Positions 54,018 to 63,471 of a stretch of DNA of 64,000 bases are shown here, piece after piece; the first letter of the stretch is position 1, and each line of letters starts with the position of its first letter. The notes beneath the pieces were generated by a model. The model saw only the letters and a list, made by a program, of their open reading frames with translations. It did not search any database and was not told the origin of the DNA. The stretch comes from a virus. Both the position numbers and the translations under genes were made by a program. The DNA is taken from positions 1 to 64,000 of IMG/VR virus record IMGVR_UViG_3300031521_000025. One strand, written 5' to 3'.

Positions 54018-55550
54018 TTATTCTAAATCTTTCCAATTCTTTCCGAACTTTAAAGAAGTTTTTGCAATTAATTGCTTTTCAGGTTCTTCTAATATTTTTA
54101 TTATATCTTCAACAATTTCAGTATTATTTATTAGACTAACACTAAGGTTAAATAAAATTGAATCATGTTTTTGTAATAATATTCTATTTGTAGAAGGGTA
54201 TTGTTGTAAATATTTTTTTAATTTATCTATTTTTGTTATTAAAAAGTCTGCAGCTGTAGATTGAATAAAGTTATTTAAATAAGCCCATTCTTTTTCTGGA
54301 TATATATTCCTACCAAAATAATTAATTATTTTATTTGAATTCTTAAACTCTAATTCTAGTGCCATCTTCGTTTCTTCAAAAGGCTTTACAAACTCTTCTA
54401 ATTGTTCTTGAAGTTTTTCTTCGTTTAAATTAAAATTTGGAAATTCTCCTTTTAAAGATTTTATTGAATTCGAAATAGATTGTCCGTATAAAATACTATA
54501 ATTGATTCTTTTAGCAACATCTCTATAACTTTCATCATTAAACAACTCTTTAGCTAACTTTAAATGAGGATCTTCTGAAAAATCTAAACCACAAAGTTGT
54601 CTTAATAAAGAATATTCAAAATAATCATAATCAAATTCTAATAACATACATTTTTTTTCTGCGATTACTATATCTCTATTGTTTTTAGATAAGTTTTGGA
54701 TATTAAAATTCTTTTTTGAAGAATATATTCTACCTGTAATTTTATCAGTGCCTTTATAAGCTTGTTTTAAATATTCTTCATTTTCTAAGTTATTTAATAT
54801 ACTAAAATAAATATTATCTTCTAAGTTTAAAATTTTTTCTTTATCAATTCTAACTTTTAAAGAAGATAAATAACTTTCAACTTCATAAGCTTTATTCCAA
54901 ATGGCTAATGTTTCTTGAGATAAACCAAGATTGTTAAATTTATCAACCCATTCTAAACAAGCAACTCCTATATGTAAATCTATTTTATCATCAAATAAAT
55001 GTAATTTTTTGAAATCTTTTAAAGAAATATAATAGTTTGTGGTTTTTAAATAAGATTGAAAATAAAAATAATTATCCCAAGAATAAAAAACACAATCTGG
55101 AAATAATTCTTTTAGTTGCTTAATTAATTTTTTTGTATTTAAAGTTTTAGCATAAAAAAAGTTATAAATTTTCTTATCTATATAATAAACTTTATCACCA
55201 GATGTTATAGTTAAAAAAAGATCAGTTTCAAAAACAAATACTGATTTTGATAAAGTTATGTTTTCAAATTCTAAATAATTTTTTACAATAGTAAATTTTT
55301 TTATTAAGTTTTTGTAACAATGATAAAGAAAATTGTTTAAAGATTCTTCATATTTATCAGATTCTGTTTCAGAAAATATATAATATACATTTTCTTTTAT
55401 TTTTTTATTAGAAACATTTAATTCTGGATATAAACCAATAGCTCTATTCATACCTACAATTAATACAGGCTTATCTCTATTTTCTATAGAAGTAGAACTA
55501 ATTGTTTCTAATAAAGGGTGTTCATCACCAACTATATATCCTAAATACAT
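54018..55550 (-). CDS. Family A DNA polymerase-like protein (no recognisable exonuclease domain)
   Basis: TGRIYS..NIQNL, motif A LEFDY, motif B R..AK.INYSILYG, NNFIQSTAAD, motif C KHDS. Confidence 0.8.
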   Translation of the reverse strand: MYLGYIVGDEHPLLETISSTSIENRDKPVLIVGMNRAIGLYPELNVSNKKIKENVYYIFSETESDKYEESLNNFLYHCYKNLIKKFTIVKNYLEFENITLSKSVFVFETDLFLTITSGDKVYYIDKKIYNFFYAKTLNTKKLIKQLKELFPDCVFYSWDNYFYFQSYLKTTNYYISLKDFKKLHLFDDKIDLHIGVACLEWVDKFNNLGLSQETLAIWNKAYEVESYLSSLKVRIDKEKILNLEDNIYFSILNNLENEEYLKQAYKGTDKITGRIYSSKKNFNIQNLSKNNRDIVIAEKKCMLLEFDYDYFEYSLLRQLCGLDFSEDPHLKLAKELFNDESYRDVAKRINYSILYGQSISNSIKSLKGEFPNFNLNEEKLQEQLEEFVKPFEETKMALELEFKNSNKIINYFGRNIYPEKEWAYLNNFIQSTAADFLITKIDKLKKYLQQYPSTNRILLQKHDSILFNLSVSLINNTEIVEDIIKILEEPEKQLIAKTSLKFGKNWKDLE

Positions 55551-55603
55551 TTGCTTTTTTACTAGTAAAATAAGTAAAAAAAAGCAAAATAGGTAATTAT
55601 TAC

Positions 55604-58600
55604 TTAAGTATAAGCACTATTTAATCCAGGTATTAATTTACCGCTTTGAGATGTTACATTTACATTATCTTTTTGAGGAATATCATACGAAGGTTTTGTA
55701 AAACTCATTTCTTTTTGAATATTTAATACGGCTTGTGCTTGTCTAACAGTTTTTTTATACTGTCTGGCTTTAGAAGCATCATTTAAATCAGTATTTTGTT
55801 GTTTTAAACCATCAACATTAATTTTTAAATCTTCAACAGCTGTAAACATTAAAGCTTCATCTTCAGGATCAGGATCCATTCCAGAGTCGGTAGTTTGACT
55901 ATCTGTTCTAATACAATCAGGAATATAATAAATATCTTCAATATCATAATCTTTTCTATGATAAAATCTACAATATTCAGAAGACGGTTCATCTTCATGT
56001 ATAATATCAATATTTAGAGAAACTTGAACACCCATTGGCATTGCTCCTACCTTTGATGCATTTAAATCTACAGCCATGTTTTCGTAATCATCTACATTTA
56101 ACCCTGTTATTCTTCCTGTAGCGTCTATAAAATCACCAATTCTTATTCTTATAATTGGTTGTTCTTTCATTTTTCCATCGTTTCTATACCAAGGATAACA
56201 ACATTGAGCTAAAAATGTTAATTTACTCCATAACATTTCTGGAGTTCCTGTCATTTGTCCAGGAACAATTCCTGAATACATTCCTCTTGTAAAAGAAGGA
56301 AACCCTAAAGTTCCAGAACCCCATTCAGGTAAATACTTTCTTAACTCTTCCAATCTTTCTTTGTCAGTTAATTGATTTTCATATATATCTTTTGCTTCTG
56401 CTTTATTTTTTTTTGCAATTTTAGCTAACTCAGGATCTTTATTTATTTCTTTTTGTTCAGCCATATCTTTAGCAGCTTTTATTCCCGCTAAAAGAACTTC
56501 TGTTGAAAAATCAGAAGCCATATAAAAAGATATTGTTAATTGTCTTGATGTTGATTTATATATTCCAACCTTTTCACTTCTACCGTAAAACTCTTGAGTA
56601 CTCCATTCAGGTGTGTAACTATCATTATAGCTTTGAATGTAAGCAGGAAAAACCATTCTATTTGGAATTTCAGATCTTAATTGTCCGTTTTTAATAGGGT
56701 TTTTTGTGTAAAAATCGCCATTAGTATGTCTACCATGTAGTTTTTCAATAAAAAATTTATATGAACCAGGTGTGTAATTTCTATATTGGTTCAACATTTC
56801 TTCTAATTTCTTAGTAGTAGGGACATCAGGTGTTCCATATGTATAAGGGTTTTGCCCTTCAGGTACAGAAAATCCTTTATTTATTGTTCCGCCTGAAAAT
56901 TTATACGATGTTAAGTTTGCAATTTTTCTTCCATTCGCTGAATCTTGAGTAGAAATATTTTCTCCATGTTTTGGAAAAGTAGAAGCATTTGAAGTCAACC
57001 CAGAAGATTCGTAAGAAGTTCTAGGATCAGTACTAGTTGCTGAATCTTTAGAGTTTGAAGAATTATCTCCTATGTTTGTAGAAGTAGGATGATGTTGAGC
57101 AAAAAGTTTTTTTGCTTTTTGCGATTTTGCTTCGTTAATTTCTAAAGTTGTCTTTTTTTCGTTTTCTTTAGCTGATTTATCAGAAGAAGTTGTGCTGAAT
57201 CCTTCACTTGTTGAAGATTTTTGTGATAAAATATCTCTTACATAGTTGATTTTTTTTTCATATGTTTTATCATTTGAATTAATTAAAGGATCTTTTGAGA
57301 AATCAATACCACTTTCTGAAGCATTTTGAGACTCTACCGCAGATGAAAAATATTTATTTGTTGCGTCTAAAAAATCTGTATTATTTGTAGCATTTTTTTC
57401 GCTTTTTGATTTGTCAAGAGATGCGCTTTGTGTTAATTCTTTCCCTGTATCTCCAGTAGCAGATACTAATCCAGGATTAGGGTTATTATTTACGAAACCT
57501 TTATCTAAAATTTCTTTTTGTTGTTTTATTATTTTTTCTGGATTGTTTTCTGTAACATTATTAGGGTTAACGATTTTTTTGTCTATTTTTTTTTCAACAG
57601 TTAAATCATCTAAAGAATATCTAGTTTTAATATTATTTTTTCTTGCAAAATCTTTAGCTTGTTTATCTAAGCCACCGTAATATTTTTGAATACTCAAATC
57701 AAATTGAATTCCTTTATATTCTACTCCAAGACCTCCTCCAAAACTTAAAGTACTTGGATCAAGATGAAATCCCCAATCAGCATATAATTTATTATCTTTT
57801 AGTTTGTCAATAATTGTATTAAAAGATATTTTTTGTGCAATAGCATGTTTTGCAACATCTTTATAATAATTAGCGGTTGACTTTAAACCATAGTTGTTGT
57901 CAATAATGTTTTTGTTTTGATTAGCTTTCCCTAAAAGAGTATTTTGCATTATATACAAATCTTTTTTTGTATCACTAAAAGTTTTTACATTTTTTGCATC
58001 TAATTGATTTTCATCGCTAATATTTTCAACATCTTTATAATATTTAGAAGTATCTTTATTTTCTTCAGTTATAATAACTTTTTCTTCTAATTGATTAGAG
58101 TTACTTAATTGACTTATTTCTTTATTGTAATAAAGCTCAGTTTCTTTATCAGCTTCGCTATTTTGTTGAACTTCACTTAATTGGTTTAAATTACTTAAAT
58201 TTTCAACATCTTTATAATATTTAGAAGTATCTTTATTTTCTTCAACCACAATAACTTTTTCTTCAAGTTGGTTTAAGTTGCTTAAAGGGATAACTTCATC
58301 TTTATAATACTTAGAAGTGTCTTTATTCTCCTCAATTATAATAGCCTGTTCTTCTAATTGATTAGAATCACTTAAAGGTGTAACAACATCTTTATAATAT
58401 ACAGAAGTGTCTTTGTTTTCCTCGATTACAATAACTTGCTCTTCAAGTTGATTTGAGTTACTTAAAGGAGTAACAAGATCTTTGTAATACTTAGAAGTAT
58501 CTTTATCTTCCTCAACTACAATAACTTTTTCTTCCAACTGGTTTGAATTGCTTAATTCAGATAATTGAGAATAATATTCTTTGGTTATTTTACCGTAATC

Positions 58601-58861
58601 AGTTTGAGGCGCAAAAGTTAATCCAAGCTCTTTTATTTTTTCATAATAAGCTATAATATTATCATCTGTTGTCTTATGAGTTTCTTGTTGTTGTTTTAAA
58701 TATATTAAACCTAAGTTAGCAACATTTTTATAATAAGATGTTAATTCAAGTTCAGTAAATTTTTCTGAAGAAATAATTTTACCTTTTAGTGCTTCTTGTA
58801 AAAAAACAACTTCTTTTAAGCTGTTTTTAATACTTTCTTCTATATTTTTTAAATCTGCCAT
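55604..58861 (-). CDS. Baseplate/tail-tube-initiator-like structural protein with N-terminal repeats
   Basis: Start ATG 58861 (MADLK); FPAYIQSYNDSY..EW....YGRSE....Y....R.LTISF and PIIRIRIGD; downstream of tape measure. Confidence 0.6.
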   Translation of the reverse strand: MADLKNIEESIKNSLKEVVFLQEALKGKIISSEKFTELELTSYYKNVANLGLIYLKQQQETHKTTDDNIIAYYEKIKELGLTFAPQTDYGKITKEYYSQLSELSNSNQLEEKVIVVEEDKDTSKYYKDLVTPLSNSNQLEEQVIVIEENKDTSVYYKDVVTPLSDSNQLEEQAIIIEENKDTSKYYKDEVIPLSNLNQLEEKVIVVEENKDTSKYYKDVENLSNLNQLSEVQQNSEADKETELYYNKEISQLSNSNQLEEKVIITEENKDTSKYYKDVENISDENQLDAKNVKTFSDTKKDLYIMQNTLLGKANQNKNIIDNNYGLKSTANYYKDVAKHAIAQKISFNTIIDKLKDNKLYADWGFHLDPSTLSFGGGLGVEYKGIQFDLSIQKYYGGLDKQAKDFARKNNIKTRYSLDDLTVEKKIDKKIVNPNNVTENNPEKIIKQQKEILDKGFVNNNPNPGLVSATGDTGKELTQSASLDKSKSEKNATNNTDFLDATNKYFSSAVESQNASESGIDFSKDPLINSNDKTYEKKINYVRDILSQKSSTSEGFSTTSSDKSAKENEKKTTLEINEAKSQKAKKLFAQHHPTSTNIGDNSSNSKDSATSTDPRTSYESSGLTSNASTFPKHGENISTQDSANGRKIANLTSYKFSGGTINKGFSVPEGQNPYTYGTPDVPTTKKLEEMLNQYRNYTPGSYKFFIEKLHGRHTNGDFYTKNPIKNGQLRSEIPNRMVFPAYIQSYNDSYTPEWSTQEFYGRSEKVGIYKSTSRQLTISFYMASDFSTEVLLAGIKAAKDMAEQKEINKDPELAKIAKKNKAEAKDIYENQLTDKERLEELRKYLPEWGSGTLGFPSFTRGMYSGIVPGQMTGTPEMLWSKLTFLAQCCYPWYRNDGKMKEQPIIRIRIGDFIDATGRITGLNVDDYENMAVDLNASKVGAMPMGVQVSLNIDIIHEDEPSSEYCRFYHRKDYDIEDIYYIPDCIRTDSQTTDSGMDPDPEDEALMFTAVEDLKINVDGLKQQNTDLNDASKARQYKKTVRQAQAVLNIQKEMSFTKPSYDIPQKDNVNVTSQSGKLIPGLNSAYT
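57993..58585 (-). repeat. About 7 imperfect 87-90-bp coding repeats
   Basis: TSKYYKDxxxxLSNSNQLEEKVIVVEENKD units. Confidence 0.9.
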
Positions 58862-58868
58862 TTTTATA

Positions 58869-61730
58869 TTACTTTTGTTGAACTGATATTTTACCTCCAC
58901 CGAATAAAGGATCACTACTTGAATTAACTATTACTGTGTTATTGTTGTTATTTGTATTATTATTTGCTACTGAAGCGCTTGTACCTCTTGCGTTTTGATC
59001 TGATCTTTCACCAGTTGCTCTTGTAGGGACAATATCTTTAACTGAACTAAGAGCCATTGAATATTCTCCTTTATCTCCTTTAATATTTGCTTCAGGAGTA
59101 ACAGGAGAAGCATTAGATGCTACACCAAACATTTCATCCCATGAATTTGCACTAATATCTTTTTTTGCTGGTTCTGAATCAAAAAAGTTTAAATATTTTA
59201 CTAAAGAGTTAAATCCGTCTATTAATTCATCTAAACCATTAGAGAACCACCCTAAAATATCATTTATAGGTAAAAAATAATTAATAAAATCAAGTATAGT
59301 ACTTCCAACTTTATTAAATATATTAGAAAACCAATTAGAAGTGTTTTGCCATATATTAGAAAACCAACTTGCCGTGTTTTGCCATATATTAGAAAACCAA
59401 TTAGAAATATCTTTCCACATGTCAGAAAACCAATCTCCAATTTTATCTGCAACCCAAGAAATACCTTTCCATAGTAATTCAAAAGATTTATAAACTAAAT
59501 ATCCAACTGCAATTAAAGGTAAAAAAGCTATTTTAATAATATCCCATATAACATCTTTAAATTCGTAAATAACATATCCTAATAAAGCTATTGCTGCAAC
59601 GACTGCTATTACAGGCCATGATATAGTTAAAAGCGCAAAACCGGCTGCTAAAGCTTCTGCAGCTAATAAACCTAAAGGAATAACGTTTGCTAAAGCTGCA
59701 AAAGCCATAGCTGTTAAAGAAGGTAAATAAGCAATAGCTATAATACCAATAACATACCCTAAATATTCTCCTAAAGTTTGCAAAGTGCTTGAAACTACTT
59801 CAACGACTGGCATGATGTAAGAACTTATACTATCCCAAATAGAAGAAAGAGCTCCAAAAACATATGTAAACGTTTCACCTACTCCTGTTATAACACCTAT
59901 AAGAAAATCTAATCCAGTAATTATAAAAGCAATTGAAATTGCAAAATCAAGAATAGGTTTAACAAATGACCAAATTGCAGAAGTAATATCAATAAATGCT
60001 TTTATTAAAGGGCCAAAAACTTTAGCTAATGGGTCAACTATTGTACTCCGTAAACTTCCTGATAGCATAGAAAGTGATTCTAGTATTGTTCTGTTTTTAA
60101 CTTCTTCGTTTTTTATCTGTAATTTTTGAAAGAAATTAGCCTTTTCTGGACTCATTAGTTTTTCAAGAGCAATACCTGTCTCTTCTGACATTTTTCCTAA
60201 ACGACTAACAGCTTGAATAGCTTCTTGATCTATTCCTGCTCCTTTTAGGGTTGCTATACCAGCGTTAGTAACTCCATGCTCTCCCATCATACCTTTAGCT
60301 TTTAAATCTTTAGCTAAATTTCCAACCATTATTCCTATTGCTTTATCGCCTTGGCCTGTTTGTTTTAAAGCATATATTTTAGCCATATTGTTTGCTGTAT
60401 TCCCTAATTCTAACGCAGCAAATGATTGTTGTTTGGTAAATAAATCTGTAACTGATTCTAATCCACCGATTGAACCCATTAAAGTGTTTACATTTGAACC
60501 TAAGAGTGTAGCATATAAAGCTAAGTTTTTCATACCTTGAAGTTGAGTGAAATAATAACTTCCTGCTAATGCTGCTACTTGTTGTAAATTTTTAACTGCT
60601 GCTTCCATACTTAATCCTGCGTCTTTTGCAGCATCTGCAGTTTCTGTAGCTAAAAGTGTTGATTCTTTTAACCCAGTATTGTAATTCATTGTTAATTCTC
60701 TTACAGCTTCTGATAAATTAACACCCCAAAGTTTGCTATACTTTGCAGCTTCTTTTCCGAAATATAACATTTCGTCTCCAGCTTCTTTCAAGTTTGTTTT
60801 CATTCCAGCTATTTGGCCAAACCCATCTGTAAATAACCCACCCATTGCTTTTGAAAAATCTTCCATAGAAAGATTACTCATTAATAGTTGTGTTTTTAAA
60901 CTTTCAGCAGAGCCAGTCATGTTACCCATTGCATCAGAATTTATCATAAATGCATTAAATAAACCGCTAGAATTTCTAGTCATTTCAATTAAGACACTGT
61001 TTAGCTCGGTTATCTGTTTCCAAACCATTTCTGCAACATCTTTAAGGATATCAAAAGCTACTTTTACTAACATTAACTCTTCGGCTGTATATCCAGCTTC
61101 AACTCCTGCAGTAATAATAGAGTTTTCGAAAGAAGTCATAAAGTTATCTTTTAACGCATTTTGCACGTTGTTAATACCTCCTTGAAAAGTTTTTAAATTA
61201 TCCATAGCAAATCCTTTATCTAAAAGACTTTTCATTTTGTCTTCAAATTCAGCTCCAGATATTGCACCAAAATCAAGTTCGTCTTTTAATTTATCTATTT
61301 GTAAAGATAAATCTTTTGCTGCTTTTTCAGCAACATCTATTTTAGAAAACTTTGATTGATAATTGTCAAATGATTTAATAAGTTTTTCGTTAGCTTTTTC
61401 TGTAGCTTTTTCTTGACTTTCTATTTGTTTGTTTATTATTAAAGCTTTTGCTCTTTGTTTGTCTAAATTTTTCTCTAAAGCTTCAATTTTTTCAAGATTT
61501 TCAGGCTCTTTTCTCCTAACATCATCAAGTTTTTTTTGAGCTTTTACTATTCTTTCTGTTATAGTATTAGCTGTAACTTCTAATTCTTCTAAATTTTTAG
61601 TAGCTTTATCAAAATTTAAAGCAGCACCTTCAGGAGTACTAGCTTTATTTGTTACAGACGATTTTCCTGAGGTTTTAATTATAGAACTAAAACCTTGCCC
61701 CATAAGATCAAATAATTGGCCGAATTTCAT
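58869..61730 (-). CDS. Tape measure protein
   Basis: 953 aa, helical, Ala/Gly rich, hydrophobic C-terminal segments, 11-aa W/F periodic repeats. Confidence 0.8.
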   Translation of the reverse strand: MKFGQLFDLMGQGFSSIIKTSGKSSVTNKASTPEGAALNFDKATKNLEELEVTANTITERIVKAQKKLDDVRRKEPENLEKIEALEKNLDKQRAKALIINKQIESQEKATEKANEKLIKSFDNYQSKFSKIDVAEKAAKDLSLQIDKLKDELDFGAISGAEFEDKMKSLLDKGFAMDNLKTFQGGINNVQNALKDNFMTSFENSIITAGVEAGYTAEELMLVKVAFDILKDVAEMVWKQITELNSVLIEMTRNSSGLFNAFMINSDAMGNMTGSAESLKTQLLMSNLSMEDFSKAMGGLFTDGFGQIAGMKTNLKEAGDEMLYFGKEAAKYSKLWGVNLSEAVRELTMNYNTGLKESTLLATETADAAKDAGLSMEAAVKNLQQVAALAGSYYFTQLQGMKNLALYATLLGSNVNTLMGSIGGLESVTDLFTKQQSFAALELGNTANNMAKIYALKQTGQGDKAIGIMVGNLAKDLKAKGMMGEHGVTNAGIATLKGAGIDQEAIQAVSRLGKMSEETGIALEKLMSPEKANFFQKLQIKNEEVKNRTILESLSMLSGSLRSTIVDPLAKVFGPLIKAFIDITSAIWSFVKPILDFAISIAFIITGLDFLIGVITGVGETFTYVFGALSSIWDSISSYIMPVVEVVSSTLQTLGEYLGYVIGIIAIAYLPSLTAMAFAALANVIPLGLLAAEALAAGFALLTISWPVIAVVAAIALLGYVIYEFKDVIWDIIKIAFLPLIAVGYLVYKSFELLWKGISWVADKIGDWFSDMWKDISNWFSNIWQNTASWFSNIWQNTSNWFSNIFNKVGSTILDFINYFLPINDILGWFSNGLDELIDGFNSLVKYLNFFDSEPAKKDISANSWDEMFGVASNASPVTPEANIKGDKGEYSMALSSVKDIVPTRATGERSDQNARGTSASVANNNTNNNNNTVIVNSSSDPLFGGGKISVQQK
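59317..59457 (-). repeat. 33-bp (11-aa) tape-measure repeats
   Basis: WFSDMWKDISN / WFSNIWQNTAS / WFSNIWQNTSN / WFSNIF. Confidence 0.85.
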
Positions 61731-61835
61731 TTTTGTTTTAGTTTAAATATAAAGAAGTTAATCTGTTTTTGAGTAATTGTTAATAAAAGATAAAAAAAAA
61801 TCTTATATTTAAATTAAAAAAGTAAATTTAAAAAT

Positions 61836-62756
61836 ATGGATGAAATTTTAGAAAAAGCAGAAGATAGAGGATCAACTGTTAGTACCTCTAACATTAATAA
61901 CGCAGATGGAGAAGCAGAATATGTTTATTTGCCATCTAAAGGTGTTTTTTATAAAGGTAAGTTTAAAGGTCTAGATAAATTAAAAGTTAGAAAATTAGAT
62001 TACACAGATGAAGATATTCTTACAACAAAATCTTATTATGACAATAATACTTTGTTTGATGAAATACTAAAAAACACTATTGTTGACGAAAATGGATTTA
62101 AAGCAGAAGATTTAGTTCCAATCGATCGTGATACTATTATTTGGTGGTTAAGAATAGGTTCGTTTGGTTCTGAATACCAAATACCTTATACTTGTACTAA
62201 CCCTAAATGTAAAGTGAAAACTAATATTATTTGGGATTTGTCTGATTTCGACATGCCTGATTTACCTATTGAAGTTGAAGAAGAAATAGTTGAAACAGGT
62301 GGAATTCTTATTACTTTACCTCTTTCTAAATTAAAGTGTAAAATAACTGTTGCGTCTATAGGAAAAGAGCTTAAAGTTCATAAGTTTTTAACAAAAAGAA
62401 AAGAAACCGTTAATAAAAAGAACCCAAGTTTAAATATTACAAAAGAATTTACAATAACTGGTCGTCTTTTAGCTGCTATTGAAAAAGTTTATGATATTTC
62501 AGGTAAAGAATATTCAGGGATTGATGAAACTATAAATTGGTTAAATTCAGCATATAACGGAAAACCACTTCCTATTATAGATTCTCGCTATATAATTAAA
62601 AAAATTAAAGAAATCACAATGGAAGTTAATACAAAGAAAGATATAGAATGTCCTTCTTGTAACCACATTGAGGAGGGTGTGAGAATGCCAATGAGCATTT
62701 ACTTTTTTTGGCCTGAATTTGAAGAGTTATCGGGAGTATCTAATAAAATCAATTAA
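61836..62756 (+). CDS. Baseplate hub/tail assembly chaperone (T4 gp26-like)
   Basis: LPSKG, EDILT, D...DR..I...LRI.SFG.EY, CxxxxC and CPSC, C-terminal FFWP. Confidence 0.8.
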   Translation: MDEILEKAEDRGSTVSTSNINNADGEAEYVYLPSKGVFYKGKFKGLDKLKVRKLDYTDEDILTTKSYYDNNTLFDEILKNTIVDENGFKAEDLVPIDRDTIIWWLRIGSFGSEYQIPYTCTNPKCKVKTNIIWDLSDFDMPDLPIEVEEEIVETGGILITLPLSKLKCKITVASIGKELKVHKFLTKRKETVNKKNPSLNITKEFTITGRLLAAIEKVYDISGKEYSGIDETINWLNSAYNGKPLPIIDSRYIIKKIKEITMEVNTKKDIECPSCNHIEEGVRMPMSIYFFWPEFEELSGVSNKIN

Positions 62757-62877
62757 TTTTTTAGTCTTCTGGGGGAGAATAGATTACCAATCAACTTTAA
62801 GAATGCCAATAAAAAAAAGAAGAGATTGGTTAAAATTAACCCAAGAGAATTTAAAAATATTATATGGAAAAAAATAA
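62710..62877 (+). CDS. gp51/gpT-like extension probably reached by ribosomal frameshift
   Basis: +1 frame after T7 run: GLNLKSYREYLIKSINFLVFWGRIDYQSTLRMPIKKRRDWLKLTQENLKILYGKK; ends at a terminator. Confidence 0.7.
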   Translation, partial: GLNLKSYREYLIKSINFLVFWGRIDYQSTLRMPIKKRRDWLKLTQENLKILYGKK

Positions 62878-62915
62878 CAAAAAAGGTGAAACAATAAAAT
62901 TTCACCTTTTTTGTT
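62876..62915 (+). terminator. Intrinsic terminator
   Basis: AACAAAAAAGGTGAAA...TTTCACCTTTTTTGTT. Confidence 0.8.
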
Positions 62916-62976
62916 GAAATAATTTGGTTTGAATAAAAAAAAATAATAAATTTAACAAATTTTAAAAACAAAAAAA

Positions 62977-63471
62977 ATGAATAGACCAATAGAAAGAATA
63001 GATTATTTTCTTGATAATATTGATTGGGTAAACCTAATTAGAAATATTTGGAAAATTGAAGGCGATTTAATTTTTCAACTTGAGGGGTTTGAATTGGAAA
63101 AATTCGCGAAAGAATTATCTCTTTGTAAAGAAGATATAAGAAAAAAATGGAGACAAGAAAGTGATTTAAGAATATCACAAGTGTTAATTACCAATAACTA
63201 CCTTCCTTACATACCAGGGTTTTGGTATGGACTTGAAGATTGGCAAATTTTATTAAAACAAGGAATAAATCCAAGAAATTTTTTACTTTGGGGAACTTTT
63301 GGAGTTAACAGAGATACATTTAAATGGATTTTAGTTAAAAACATGAGTTTTTCTCATATTAAAAACATTTTAAATGATTTTCAAAGCAAAAATCAACTAC
63401 TACATCCAGAATTTTTAAAAGCTTTCAAAGATGAATTAAAATATGACTTTAAAACCATTGAAAATGAATAA
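62977..63471 (+). CDS. Hypothetical protein
   Basis: 164 aa; RP.ERI, W....DLR..Q.L, WGT.G motifs. Confidence 0.6.
   Translation: MNRPIERIDYFLDNIDWVNLIRNIWKIEGDLIFQLEGFELEKFAKELSLCKEDIRKKWRQESDLRISQVLITNNYLPYIPGFWYGLEDWQILLKQGINPRNFLLWGTFGVNRDTFKWILVKNMSFSHIKNILNDFQSKNQLLHPEFLKAFKDELKYDFKTIENE

Noticed and set aside
57993-58585. CRISPR array
   Set aside because: Repeats are in-frame, degenerate at synonymous sites, with no unique spacers; the Cas4-like nuclease at 13192 is a common stand-alone phage gene.
58862-58915. ORF-track starts at 58915 (also 10002, 18186, 32540, 44877)
   Set aside because: Downstream ATGs (58861, 10041, 18210, 32546, 44886) have A-rich contexts or stop/start overlaps and avoid long overlaps.
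1664-62989. Short ORF-track entries nested in or antisense to long genes (e.g. 1664..1849, 1917..2261, 8283..8465, 18567..18926, 19728..20123, 47348..47701, 60733..61185, 62753..62989)
   Set aside because: Shadow frames of real genes with F/L/S/I-biased composition and no motifs or start context.
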